Source: Isurus oxyrinchus (Eukaryota). From it: DNA of 64,000 nt. A program made the translations under genes and the position numbers. Location: contig JANJGN010000017.1 in assembly GCA_026770705.1 (NCBI GenBank), forward strand, positions 99,634,001-99,698,000. Reading direction: 5' to 3'. Positions 36,240-48,230 of this stretch are shown in pieces. The notes under the pieces are model-generated. The model saw only the letters and a program-made list of their open reading frames with translations, was not told where the DNA came from and did not search any database. Position 1 is the first letter of the stretch. Every line of letters begins with the position of its first letter.

Positions 36240-37520
36240 CACAGAATGAAGCTCCCTCTGCACAAGCTTATAAAACATTCTCACTCAGCTACAGAATGAA
36301 TTCGATGCAGATAAGGCTCTCTCTACATTGCCCCATCAATCATGCCAAGGGTAGTCACAGCACAGGTTAGATAGAGAGCAAAGCTCCCTCTACACTGTCA
36401 CCATCAAACACTCCCAGGACAGGTACAGCACGGGGTTAGATACAGAGTAAAGCTACCTCCACAATGTCCCCATCAAACACTCCCGGGACAGGTGCAGCAC
36501 GGGGTTACATACAGAGTAAAGCTCCCTCTACACCGTCCCCATCAAAACACTCCCAGGACAAGTACAGCATGGGGTTAGATACAGAGTAAAGCTCCCTCTA
36601 CACTGTCCCCATCAAACATTCCCAGGACAGGTACAGCACGCGGTCAGATACAGAGTAAAGCTCCCTCTACACTGTCCCCATCAAACACTCCCAGGACAGG
36701 TACAGCATGGGGTTAGATATAGAGTAAAGCTCCCTCTACACTGTCCCCATCAAACACTCCCAGGGCAGGTACAGCACGGGGTTAGATACAGAGTAAAGCT
36801 CCCTCTACACTGTCCCCATCAAACACTCCCAGGACAGGTACGGCATTGGGTTAGATATAGAGTAAAGCTCCCTCTACACTGTCACCATCAAACAGTCCCA
36901 GGACAGGTACAGCACGGGGTTAGATACAGAGTAAAGCTCCCTCTACACTGTCCCCATCAAACACTCCCAGGACAGGTACAGCATGGGGTTAGATATAGAG
37001 TAAAGCTCCCTCTACACTGTCCCCATCAAACACTCCCAGGACAGGTACAGCATGGGGTTAGATATAGAGTAAAGCTCCCTCTACACTGTCCCCATCAAAC
37101 ACTCCCAGGGCAGGTACAGCACGGGGTTAGATACAGAGTAAAGCTCCCTCTACACTGTCCCCATCAAACACTCCCAGGACAGGTACAGCATGGGGTTAGA
37201 TATAGAGTAAAGCTCCCTCTACACTGTCCCCATCAAACACTCCCAGGGCAGGTACAGCACGGGGTTAGATACAGAGTAAAGCTCCCTCTACACCGTCCAC
37301 ATCAAACACTCATAGGGCAGATACAGCATGGGTTTGGATAAAGATAAAGCTACTTTTATACTGTCCACATTAAACACTTGCAAAGCAGGTACAACATAGT
37401 GTTAGATACAGAGTAAAGCTCCCTCTACACTGTCCCCATCAAACACTCCCAGGACAGGTACAGCATGGGGTTAGATACAGAGTAAAGCTCCCTCTACACT
37501 GTCCCATCAAACACTCCTCA
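36240..37520 (-). repeat. 69-bp minisatellite in reverse orientation, ~18 copies, degenerate edges
   Basis: Unit gggttagatacagagtaaagctccctctacactgtccccatcaaacactcccaggacaggtacagcacg is the reverse complement of the 2850-4720 unit. Confidence 0.97.
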
Positions 37521-38859
37521 GCCAAGTTCAACACAGAGTGAAAGTCCATGTAAGAAGCGAGGAAAAGAATAGGGGAAGTGAGATTAATTGGATAGCTTTT
37601 CAAAGAGGTGGCAAAGACTGAATGGGCCGAATGGACTTCTTCTTCTGCCCTGTAATATTCTAGGATTGGATGAACTTATGTGAGGTAAATGGGAACTTTG
37701 ACCCTGGCTGCATGTTTGAAGGAGAGCAGGTATCATGCAAATGTCCTCACCATCAAAGAGAGCAGGCGACTGGGTCCAGGTTATGTTATCTCGGCTGGAG
37801 GACAGGTGTTGCCCATCTAGCTCATTACGAAAAGCAATCTTCTTGCTTTCATCCAGATGTCCATACTGACCGAAAGGACTCTTTTTTTTTCATGATCACT
37901 GCGGGAAATCCTCTTCAACTTAAGTTAGTAATTAAAAATGGCTTGGCCTTTGAATTGGGGCCAATTGTGCATGACGCACTTTTAATTAAATTCTCTGCTT
38001 ACCTTCAGAATTGCTGCTTCAGTCTCAGGAGGTAAAAGTTAAGGAGAGAAGTGAAGCTGTTTCATGCCTGCGCTGTGAGCCGCTGTGAGAGTGTGGAGAC
38101 ATGAGCCAAGCCTGTTACCCAGGGTGCTAATCAAACAGAGGCCTGAAATAGCTTCAGAGCCTCACCCTGTGTTCATGGGGGCTCCCATGGCCTGTAGCTG
38201 TTGGGAGTGACGTCAATGAGTATGGCTATGTTGAGTATCACAGGGCCTCTAACTTTGCACTGGCCTGATAACCCTGAGCTACATTAGCTCCCTGCTCGCA
38301 GTCATGGCAACCAATTCCAGACAGTAGATCTATTCATGTTGCATCTCATTAAAGGCCTCATTGGGATGATCTCAATTAAGAGAAAATCCAACACAGTGGG
38401 GCTGATTAAGTTGAGAGCTATGAGAATTCTAGAGGAAATTCCACAGTAATATTTTTCTGATTACACCATAGGAGAAGTGCAATGATTATCCAAGTTACAT
38501 CGCTTACCTCTTTCGTCTTTCAGTCAAAATTATTGCACACCTGCATTTAACACCTTGCCCCAAAACGTTGAAAGCCACTTACACACATGATTCTCTTCCC
38601 CCTACTCTTGAATCAATCAATCCTGCCTCAGCATTGGACTGACTGTGCGATTCCACCCTTGGTTGATCAGTGCAGCCGCATGGCAAGCGTTGGTTTGGAT
38701 GTTCAGCTCCATGACCGGAGAAACCTAACGAAGGCCAGATTTTCCTTTTTTTCCTGCCCGGAGGTGCCGGGATGGGTTGGGAATGACAAATGGCACATTG
38801 ACTCGTCATGCCCGGAGACATCAGCCATTCCTTACATTTCCCAGTGACACGTGCATTGG

Positions 38860-40030
38860 ATGGCCAGTTGTGACCAACTTGGTTGAGTTTTTTGATGAGG
38901 TAACAGAAAGGGTTGATGAGCGTACTGACGTTGTCTTAATTGACCTCCAAAAGGTGTTTGATAAAGTGGCACATAACAGACATGCCAGCAAACTTCAAGC
39001 CCATGGAATAAAAGGGACAGTGGCAGTATGGATACAGAGTTGGCTGACTTACAGGAAATAGAGAGCGGTGATGTGCAGTTATTTTTCAGAAGGGGGAGGA
39101 TGGTATACTGTGGTGTTTACCAAGAACGGGAGGGGGACCACTGGTTTTCTTGGTATATATAAAAATGAAGGACCTAGACTTGGCTGTGCGGGGCAACATT
39201 TCAAAATTTGCAGGTGACACAAAATTTGCAGGTGTCAGCTCTGAGGAGACTAGTGACAGACTTCAGGAGAACATAGACAGGCTGGTGACAGATGACATCT
39301 AATGCAGAGGAGCATGAAGTGATACATTTTAGTAGGAAGAACAAGGACAGAGGATACAAAATAAGGAACACAATTCTAAAGCAGGGTGCAGGAGCAGAGC
39401 AACCTGGGGGGTACATGTGCACAAATCATTTCAGGTGGCACAGGAGGTTTGGGAAGTGGTTAATGAGTCATGTAGGAGCTTGGGCTCCATAAATAGGGGC
39501 ATTGGGTACAAAAGCAAGGAAGTAATAATGAACCTGTTATAAAACTTCAGTCCAGCCTCAAGTGGAGCAGTGTGTCCGGTTCTGGATGCCCAACTTTAGG
39601 AAGGATGCGAAGACTTTACTGACAGTGTGGAAAAGATTCACGACAATGGTTCCAGGGTCCTGGGATTTCAGTTATGTGGATTAGAGAAGCTGAGGTTGTT
39701 TTCCTTGGAGAAGAGAAAGCTGAGAGGAGATTTGGTCGAGGTTTTCAAAATTAGTCTGGACAGAGTCGGTGGAGAGAAACACTTCCCACTGGAGAAAGAG
39801 TCAAGAACCAAAGGATATCGATTCAAAGAGAGTGGCACAAGAATTAATGGCGATGAGGAAAAACTTATTTGTGTAACGAGTGGTCAGGATCTGGGATGCA
39901 CTGCCTGAGGGTGGGGTAGAGATAGTTGTTTTCAAAAGGGAATTGGCTAAGCACTATAAGTGCAAAGATTGACAGGGCTCGAGGGGAAAGGGCAGGTGAT
40001 GTTAGGGTTGGGATTGTGCTACAAGAGAGT
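38860..40030 (+). mobile_element. Degraded CR1 ORF2 (RT) fragment
   Basis: TNLVEFFDEVTERVDE..DLQKVFDKVAH, SKFAGDTK and LEKLRLFSLEKRKLRGDLVEVFKI; many frameshifts. Confidence 0.92.
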
Positions 40031-40729
40031 GCATGCTTTAAAATTGGTCATCAGGAGCTGCTGTCCCCAACTGGGGAAGAATGAGGGCTTCATTACAAGA
40101 GTTTAAAAAGGTGGGTGTTGCGGGGAATCGGAATTGTCTGTGTCTTTAACCTGCAGGTTTGTAAATAAACCTAGCTTCTGGTACAGGCTGGCTTCAGTCA
40201 TTCTTTCCTCAGCAGATGAGTATTGGGATTTAACAGGCGAGTGGGATTCGGTGAGTTGCTCGTGCAGTGAGCTGGCATAGAAACGACAGGCCGAATGGCC
40301 TCCTGTGCTGTAACCATTCAATGACTCCTGCGCAAATGGTTGACAGTCATTGAAATCAGCTGAGTAATCTAAAGCAAAGAGAAATGGTTTGTGAGCTGAA
40401 TACAAAACTATCAGGTACAGTAAGAGTTATTCAGGCCTACTGTTGGAACACTGGGAGAAAGTTTTACTCGATTTCTGCCACAAGATGCATGTAGCTGAGA
40501 CGACGTGATGCTGACCCTGGGCAGCTGAAATCTGACGCACTGGGTTCTAAGACATTCAAATTGTGGAAGAATAACAAGGCATCCCAACGACTCAGGATCC
40601 AGACCTGCATTATAAGGATTGGTGCCCACAGAGTCTCTGCCAAAATCAAGAAGAGTCAATAAATTCTACGAAATGAGTGTGTCACACAAGCTATAACTAT
40701 AGCAGCAGGACTACTGGTACAATGTGTAC

Positions 40730-41050
40730 AATCTATAAGGTGCATTGCAGTAACTCGCCAATCCTCCTTCGACCAGCACCTTCCAAACCCACAAACTCTA
40801 ACACCTGGAAGGGCAGAGGCAGCACAATGTGGGACTATCACCACCTGTAAGTCGCCCTTCAAGCCACCCCATCATCCTGGATTGGAAATGTATCACTGTT
40901 CCTTCACTGTCATTGTGTCAAAATCCTGGGACTCTCTCCCTAACAGCACTGTGGGTGTAATGACACCATACAGACGATAGTGGTTCAAGAAGGCGGCTCA
41001 CCAACACCTTTTCAAGGGAAATTAGGGATGGGCAACAAACGTTGGCCTTG
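40730..41050 (+). mobile_element. LINE family B 3' end
   Basis: cagcaccttccaaacccac..caaaatcctgggactctctccctaacagcactgtgggtgt..caagggaaattagggatggg. Confidence 0.85.
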
Positions 41051-41375
41051 TTTATCTTTTATCTTGTAATGGATATTTCCAGAATCTGTATAAATCACCA
41101 GAGTGAATACGATACCATCAGTCAGATGACACAGTAGTTGGAATGTGTTCATTGACCAATTGACCCAGCAAGACGTAACAGTAAGAGCTCTCCAGCCATG
41201 TGTATATCCTGGAATCTTTCAATAAATCATTTACCAGTCTTACTTGAGCGATTGGTGAGTTTGAAGGGTAGAAGGAAATGCAACACCTCTGATGGTACAG
41301 CACTCCCTCTGCACTGGAGTGTCAGCCTTGACTTTGTGATTGAGTCTCTGGAGTGGGATTTGAACCTTCTGACTC

Positions 41376-42040
41376 TAAGAAATAGGTGCAGGAGTAGGCC
41401 ATTCAGCCCCTCAAGCCTGCTCCACCACTCAATAAGAACATGGCTGATCAGATTGTGGTCTCAACTCTGTTGTAATATCCCTTTTAAGGGATATCGGCAT
41501 GACATCACTTAAAGGGAATTATGCCATGTGATCCAGTCTTAGTTTCACTTTGCTTTCAGCAGAACACGTGCACAACTCTGATGCCTTCAAGCTGTATACA
41601 TATGTTGAACTGTTCTCATGTGCCTTGTCTTAAATAAATCCACAACATGTTTATCTAATGCCTTATGAGTGATTGGTACCTTGTGTCTTGTACAGTAAAC
41701 AAGCCTAAGGTACTATATAATTATAATAACACGACAAGCTCCACATTCCTCCACATCCCAATAATCCTTGACTCCCTATCAATCAAAAATCTGTCTCACT
41801 CTGCCTTTAATGTATTCAATGACCCACCCTCCGTTGCTCACTGTGGAAGAGAATTCCACAACCTGATGACCCTCGTCATCAAATTCCTCCTCATCTCCAT
41901 CTTAAATGGGAGATATTTTTAAACCTTGCCCCCTTGTTCTACATTCACCCACAAGGGGAAACACCGTCCCAGCACCCACCCTGTCCAGTCCCCTCAGAAT
42001 GTTAGAATTCTCGATCTTCTGATCTCAGTTGAGTGCAGCC
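41376..42040 (-). mobile_element. CR1 3' fragment interrupted by a solo LTR
   Basis: taagaaataggtgcaggagtaggccattcagccc.. continues as ctccacattcc..ctctgcctttaatgtattcaatgaccc after the LTR. Confidence 0.88.
41468..41736 (+). mobile_element. Solo LTR family B
   Basis: TGTTG...CGACA termini, AATAAA, 5-bp TSD aactc/agctc; splits a CR1 3'UTR cleanly. Confidence 0.88.
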
Positions 42041-42434
42041 CTTCCTCATGAGATGATTCTCCAGTCAACACAACGGGAGAAGTCGACATGGGGGCAGAGG
42101 GCTGGGCTGTGGTCAGGATGATCAACTCTTTAGAAAAATATAACAGGCAGCTGGACCAGGCATGAGAAGAAACGGAAACCAAGCCTGAAGGAGCGAATCA
42201 ACCAGGGCAGGGGACGGGTGTGAGAGACAAGGGGCCACCACCCCCTCCTCGCGCTACGATGGGGAGTTGCAGCATTTTTCACCTTCAACTGGTGCTGTCT
42301 GCTGCATTCTTTTTCCCTATTTTTATTTGAAAATAAATATTCACTGAAATCTTGAAAATATGTGAAAAAATACCCTCTTCTCACACAAATTCTTGCTTAC
42401 GTAATTCAAGGGGACCAAAATCATTTTGATGTAG

Positions 42435-43028
42435 NNNNNNNNNNNNNNNNNNNNNNNNNNNNNNNNNNNNNNNNNNNNNNNNNNNNNNNNNNNNNNNNNN
42501 NNNNNNNNNNNNNNNNNNNNNNNNNNNNNNNNNNNNNNNNNNNNNNNNNNNNNNNNNNNNNNNNNNNNNNNNNNNNNNNNNNNNNNNNNNNNNNNNNNNN
42601 NNNNNNNNNNNNNNNNNNNNNNNNNNNNNNNNNNNNNNNNNNNNNNNNNNNNNNNNNNNNNNNNNNNNNNNNNNNNNNNNNNNNNNNNNNNNNNNNNNNN
42701 NNNNNNNNNNNNNNNNNNNNNNNNNNNNNNNNNNNNNNNNNNNNNNNNNNNNNNNNNNNNNNNNNNNNNNNNNNNNNNNNNNNNNNNNNNNNNNNNNNNN
42801 NNNNNNNNNNNNNNNNNNNNNNNNNNNNNNNNNNNNNNNNNNNNNNNNNNNNNNNNNNNNNNNNNNNNNNNNNNNNNNNNNNNNNNNNNNNNNNNNNNNN
42901 NNNNNNNNNNNNNNNNNNNNNNNNNNNNNNNNNNNNNNNNNNNNNNNNNNNNNNNNNNNNNNNNNNNNNNNNNNNNNNNNNNNNNNNNNNNNNNNNNNNN
43001 NNNNNNNNNNNNNNNNNNNNNNNNNNNN
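42435..43028. other. Assembly gap (594 N)
   Basis: Run of N. Confidence 1.
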
Positions 43029-43276
43029 TCCACCTGTGAGTTGATCATGGTGATTGTTTTACAGCTAGCGTTCAGTTTAAACCAAATTTAGTTACCTTTT
43101 CATGTGTGCATAATTTGCATTGATGTACCATTTTGTGTGATTCATACAGTTCACGCTATAGTTGATCCTAATGACAGGCTGATGCAAATGTGAAATTTTG
43201 CAGCCAATGTTCCTCCGTTGTGGCCTTTTTGGATATGGTTAAAATGGCTGACAGCAAAAAACTGTGCAAACCCCAC

Positions 43277-43896
43277 GGGCTAGAAATTTCCCCTCATTAT
43301 GGGGGGGCGGGGGGCTTGGGCGAGGGTGGGCGCAAACTCGATTGGCGCCCCTGATTGGGGACGTGCCGCCATTTTATGTGGGCGGGGCCAGTTAAGGCCC
43401 CCCCCACCCCCCATGGTGAAGCACACCCAGAAGCGCTGAGCGCTCCCCTGGGGGATGGGGACATTCCCTGAGTGGCTGGTTCGCACGTGTGCGCGAAAGA
43501 GCACAGGCGGGTGCCTCAGGGAGATCAGTTTAAGGTTTTAAAATTCAAATAAAACTTTTAAAACCTGTCCCCTCATGTGACAGCGTCACATGAGCTGGGG
43601 CAGGTCAATGAATTTTTTAATGAATAAAACCCTCGTGAAACTTCATCCCGCCCGTGGACGAGGTTTCGTCGAAAAATGCAAAGGCCGCCTGGGCTCTTCT
43701 CCTGCCCGCCCAACCTTAAGGTTAGACGGGCAACTCGGTTAAGTGCTTCAATTAGTCTTTAACAGGCCTTAATAGGCTTTTGATGGTTCGGCGGGTGCGC
43801 CCACTGAACCGAGGATCAGAACGACGGGCGGTGATGTTGGGACTCCCGCCTGACATCACCGCGCGTCATTACGCGCATCGGCGTGCAATGTTGCCC
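43277..43896. mobile_element. GC-rich Harbinger-like MITE family copy
   Basis: gggctagaaattt...aatgttgccc ends; internal gcctcagggagat, aaccttaaggtt palindrome, tgacatc..gcgcgtcatt shared with 17425-18074. Confidence 0.72.
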
Positions 43897-44928
43897 ATGG
43901 TTTTTGATTTGGTTGGGAGAGGCCTAGGTGTCCTCCCTGGTACTGGACCAGTCTTGCTGGTGCCACTCCTGTTCTCCCCGCGGAGCCTCACCTCATTGTC
44001 CCCGCTCCTTCGTGTGGCGGGAGCACCAGGCCCGGTATGCTCACCACCCCCCAGCGACAGAGAGCCCAAGGCGACAGCAAAGGGGAGACTCCCACATCGC
44101 CGACCTGGAGGCCAGGACTTTTCAGCTTGTCGGCGGTGCCGCACTTTGGGTGTCAGATGGAAATACAGGACAAATGGCACCCCAGAGAGATGTCCTAGGG
44201 GATGCGGGGCAGATGTTAAAAATACCGGACAATGGTCATGCTGGTTGTGAAGCCCTTACAGGTGAATAGTTTGCAGAGACTTCTTGTCCCGGACAAGAGG
44301 GAGAGATGCCAAGATCCAATGCCTCCAGGAGTGGAAGAGCGACAAGGCAGGTGGAAAAAAGGCAGACCCTTCATGTGAAGCATATACTAGTGTGAACGTT
44401 TTAGGCCAAATGGCCTGTTTCTGTGCTACAAATGTAAAGGCCGCCAATAATATGGTTAAAACTTTGGCTTTGGTTTGAGCTGAATAAGTTACTGTCTTCA
44501 AACACACGCTTACACATCACCTCGTCTTGTTCCCAGCTGCAGGTTCACTTTGCCATTCCCCGATACATCTCAGATACACCTAAGTTACCATAGCGTCATG
44601 GAATGAGTCAAGACACCAGGAGATTGTTCAGCCCATCATGCCTGTGCTGGTTAAGGTACTGGTTCATGTGTCCTTGACGGCGCACATTTAAAAATGCAAA
44701 GCATTCAGGAAAAAGTCCAGAGAAACAAAAGACATTCAACAAGAGATGATTGTTTAAAAAAAAAAATTTCTGCATCCACTCAAATTTTCTCTGGCCTTCT
44801 GAAAATTCTGAATCTTGCTGCGGTGAGATTCCAGGGGTGCTAACTAACTAGCCTCAAAGGGCCACTGTCTATGTATAGGCTGAGCTGGTGAACAACTATG
44901 ACCAACAGCATGACTGAGTTTGACGCTA

Positions 44929-45067
44929 AGATAAAAGCAAAATACTGCGGGTGCTGGAAATCCAGAACAAAAACAAAAATACCTGGAAAAACTCCGCCAG
45001 TCTGACAGCATCTGCGGAGAGGGACACAGTTGACCTTTCGAGTCCATGTGACCCTTCGTCAGAACTA
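44929..45067 (-). mobile_element. Short Penelope-type element (single arm) beginning at a hammerhead motif
   Basis: Minus strand agttctgacgaagggtcacatggactcgaaaggtcaactgtgtccctctccgcagatgctgtcagac..ttccagcacccgcagtattttgcttttatct; flanking agtttgac direct repeat. Confidence 0.85.
45028..45066 (-). ncRNA. Minimal type I hammerhead ribozyme motif (near-intact)
   Basis: AGUU [CUGACGA] A GGGUC-ACAUG-GACUC [GAAA] G GUC^AACU. Stem I AGUU/AACU, stem II 5 bp, both core boxes intact. Position 15.2 is G instead of C. Confidence 0.65.
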
Positions 45068-45534
45068 AGACATATGAGTTTCAGTTTGACACCGTCTTGA
45101 ATGGACACAGGCACTCTTCAACAGTGTCGCTGGGCAGCAATCAGCTTTGAGAATCCTCCCTCTTGCTCGCTGAACAGGAATTAATCCTGACATTTTCCTA
45201 CTGTGCAAAGGTTGATCGAAGTGTAGAACTCTCACACACAAAAAAAAAACCACTCGATGCTCACTCAATTCATCATTTTCAATCCGGAAGAGTTAAGAGT
45301 TTTGCCTGACAAAAGGATACAAAGCAAAGCAACGTGTTCCATTCAATTTTCGTTCTGTGTGCGGCCAATTTTTCAGTACATGAAGTCTTTAAATAACTTT
45401 TATCTTGGGAAATTAAGACAGGAACAAGGTCTGCATGGTACTTTCCAGGCTGCTGTTCAGCCTTGCACACACGCAGCTTAACAGCAATGGGTGAATGGAA
45501 TGAGAAAATAGACCGGCCAGTATTGAACTCAATA

Positions 45535-46419
45535 CGAACATTCAGGGAGCAGGAGGAGGCTATTCAGCCCCTCGAGCCTGCTCCGCCATTTAATAAGATC
45601 ATGGCTGATCTGACAGTAAACTCAAACCTGCATCCCACCTACCCCCGATAGCCTATCACCCCACCATGTTCACCAAGAATCTATCCACCTCTGCCTTAAA
45701 AATATTCAAAGACTCTCCTTCCACCACCTTTTCAGGAAGAGGGTTCCAGAGACCCACGAGTCTTTGAGTGAAAAAAATTCACCTCCTGGATGACGCCTTA
45801 TTTTTAAACAGTAACCCCTAGTTCTTGTAGTTCTCCCACAAGAGCAAACACCCTCTCTCCGTCCACCCTGTCAAAGCCCCTCAGCATCTTATATGTTTCA
45901 GTCAAGTCGCCTCTTACTCTTCTAAACTCCAGTGGATACAAGCCAAGTCCGTCCAACCTTTCCTCATAAGGCAACCCACCCATTCCAGGTATTACTCTGG
46001 TAAACCTTCTCTGAACTGCTTCCAACACATTCACATCCTTCCTTTAATAAGGTGACCAATACTGTACACAGTACTCCAAATCTAGCCTCACTAGTGCCCT
46101 GTACAACTGGAGCATAACTTCCCTACTTTTCTATTCAATTCCCCTCGCAATAAATGATAACATTCTATTAGTTTTCCTAATTACTTGCCATATCTGCATA
46201 CTAGCCTTTTGTGATTCATGCACTAGGACACCCAGATCCCTCTGCACCTCAGAGCTCTGCAGTCTCTCACCATTTAGATAATATGCTTCTCTTTTAATCT
46301 TCCTGCCGAAATGGACAATTTCACATTTTCCCACATTATACTCCATTTGCCAGATCTTTGCCCACTCACTTAGCCTATCTATATCTTTTTACGGCCTCTT
46401 TATGCCCCTTTCACAACTT
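45535..46419 (-). mobile_element. CR1 3' fragment
   Basis: MEYNVGKCEIVHFGRK..QRDLGVLVHESQK and LEAVQRRFTRVIPGM..RRVRGDLTETYK. Confidence 0.94.
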
Positions 46420-46893
46420 GGGCGGGCCAATTAAGGCTAGTTAAGACAATTGAGGCAACAGAGGTGCCTCAGGGAGATAAGGTTTAAGTTTTAAAAATTT
46501 TAATAAAGAAAAAAAAAATTTAAGACATTTCCCCTGATGTGACAGTGTCACAAGAGCTGGGACATGTCAATGAACTTGAATGAAAAAATGTATTTAATTT
46601 ATAAACCCTTTAGGAAACCTCACCCCGCCTGTGGATGAGGTTCCATGAAAATTGCGAAGGCCGCCTGGGCTCTTCACCTGCCCGCCCGCCAACCTTAAGG
46701 TTGGAGGGGCAGCTTTCCCAATAGGCTTAATTAGTTAACTAATGGCCTTAACAGGCCTTTGACAGTTCAGCGGGTGTGCAGCCGACTAATTAAAACTGAA
46801 AATCTAAATGACACGCGGTGACATCGGGACGCACGCTCGATGTCACCCCGCATTTTATGTCCCGCCCCCACTCGCCAAGCCGAAGATTCAGGC
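46420..46893. mobile_element. Harbinger-like MITE family copy, left-truncated
   Basis: gggccaattaagg..gtgcctcagggagat..aaccttaaggttgga..aagattcaggcc aligns with 43277-43896. Confidence 0.72.
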
Positions 46894-46934
46894 CAGTGTG
46901 TTTCCCACCTTTCAGTCCATTTCTAATTTCACTA

Positions 46935-47185
46935 TGACCCTTGGTCCCGCGCCATGATTCTGTGTCCCGCGGCTTTGACCACTCAACCCTAAAACATGAA
47001 CCTTGGGCCCACACTGTGACCCTCATCACTGCGCTTTGAGCCCTGACCCCATACCGTGACCCTGGGCCCTGCACCATGACCCTCGGCCCTACACTGTGAC
47101 CCTTGGGCCCTGCACCGTGACCCTCGGCCCCATGCTGTGACCCTTGGGCCCTGCACCGTGACCCTCGGCCCCACGCTGTGACCTT
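46935..47185 (+). repeat. 20-21-bp C-rich minisatellite
   Basis: Units such as tgaccctcggccctacactg and tgacccttgggccctgcaccg. Confidence 0.85.
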
Positions 47186-47521
47186 TGCATGAAGAAATTT
47201 CTCCTCAGCTCAGTCCTAAATGGCTGACTCTTAATCTAGGCTTTGTCACCCCTAGTTCTTGATGCTCCAAGCAGTGGAAGTATCATTCTTCAAAAATTCC
47301 AGCGAATATAGGCTTATTCTAGTCAATCATCCCTCCAAAGACAATACTTTGACTTCAGGAATCAATCTTGTTAACCTTGGTTGCACTTCTTTGTTAGGAT
47401 AAGTAGATCCTTCCATAGATAAGTCTCCTTAGTTATGGAAACCATGGGCCATAACTCTACTTCAGGAGAGGGCAAGACAGGACTCAGCTATGATTCTCAA
47501 CATGGGTTGAACAGCTTCTCA

Positions 47522-48230
47522 ATAAAGAAAGAGAGGCTCACATTTCTTGAGTATTCACAACCTCACGATGTCCCCAAGTGCTTCACAGCCAATGAGGTGC
47601 TTGTCGAAGTACAGTCACTTGTAAACCAGGAAATGCAGCAGTCATTTTGCACTCAGTAAGCTCCCGCAAACAGCAATGTGACTGTAGTAATCTGATGTGT
47701 AATATACCTTTAAGACAAATGTTGTAATGTAAGATCACATGATCTTGATACCCAATAGCTGAGTAGCGCGGGCTACCTCTGTAGTGTAGCCTTGAGTTAG
47801 ACTCTGAAGAGTGAAGACAGAGTTTTGAGCTGTAAGTGCACACAAGTGGGGCTGCTGAGTTCCTTTTGTAAATAAACAGAATGTGTTTCTTCTAAAGAAC
47901 AGTCTACAGATCTTTGTCTTGGTGCCAACTCGGTCACCCCAAAACAAGCGTGCAATCCAGATCCATTAGCCCCAACAAACCAAGGGCACTGGGTTAAACA
48001 GTGACAATAACTAGATAACCTGTTTTTGTGATGTTGATTGAGGACCAGGTATAGGGCAGAACTCCAGGGAGAATGCCCCTGCTCTTCTTTGAGATGGTGA
48101 CATGGGATCGTTTACACCCAGCTGGGAGGGCAAAGTGAAAGGTGGGCCTCCTTTTGGCATCTCATCTAAAAGTAGGCAGTGCAGCACCCCCTCTGTACTG
48201 CACTAGAATATCAGTCAGTACCAGGAGTGG
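47522..48230 (-). mobile_element. Deu-domain SINE split by a solo LTR
   Basis: caagtgcttcacagccaatgag..ctcccgcaaacagcaatgtgac [LTR] gtgacaataactagataacctgtttttgtgatgttgattgagg..cctgctcttctttgaga. Confidence 0.82.
47683..48000 (+). mobile_element. Solo LTR family A (318 bp)
   Basis: TGTAG...AAACA termini, perfect 5-bp TSD GTGAC (47678-47682 and 48001-48005), internal agatcacatgatct, CCAAT and AATAAA. Confidence 0.92.

Noticed and set aside
42341-43048. ORFs of 235 and 225 aa
   Set aside because: They span the N gap.
43780-44269. Overlapping GC-rich ORFs of 103-156 aa
   Set aside because: They begin inside a MITE, show no recognisable homology, and are expected by chance at this GC content.
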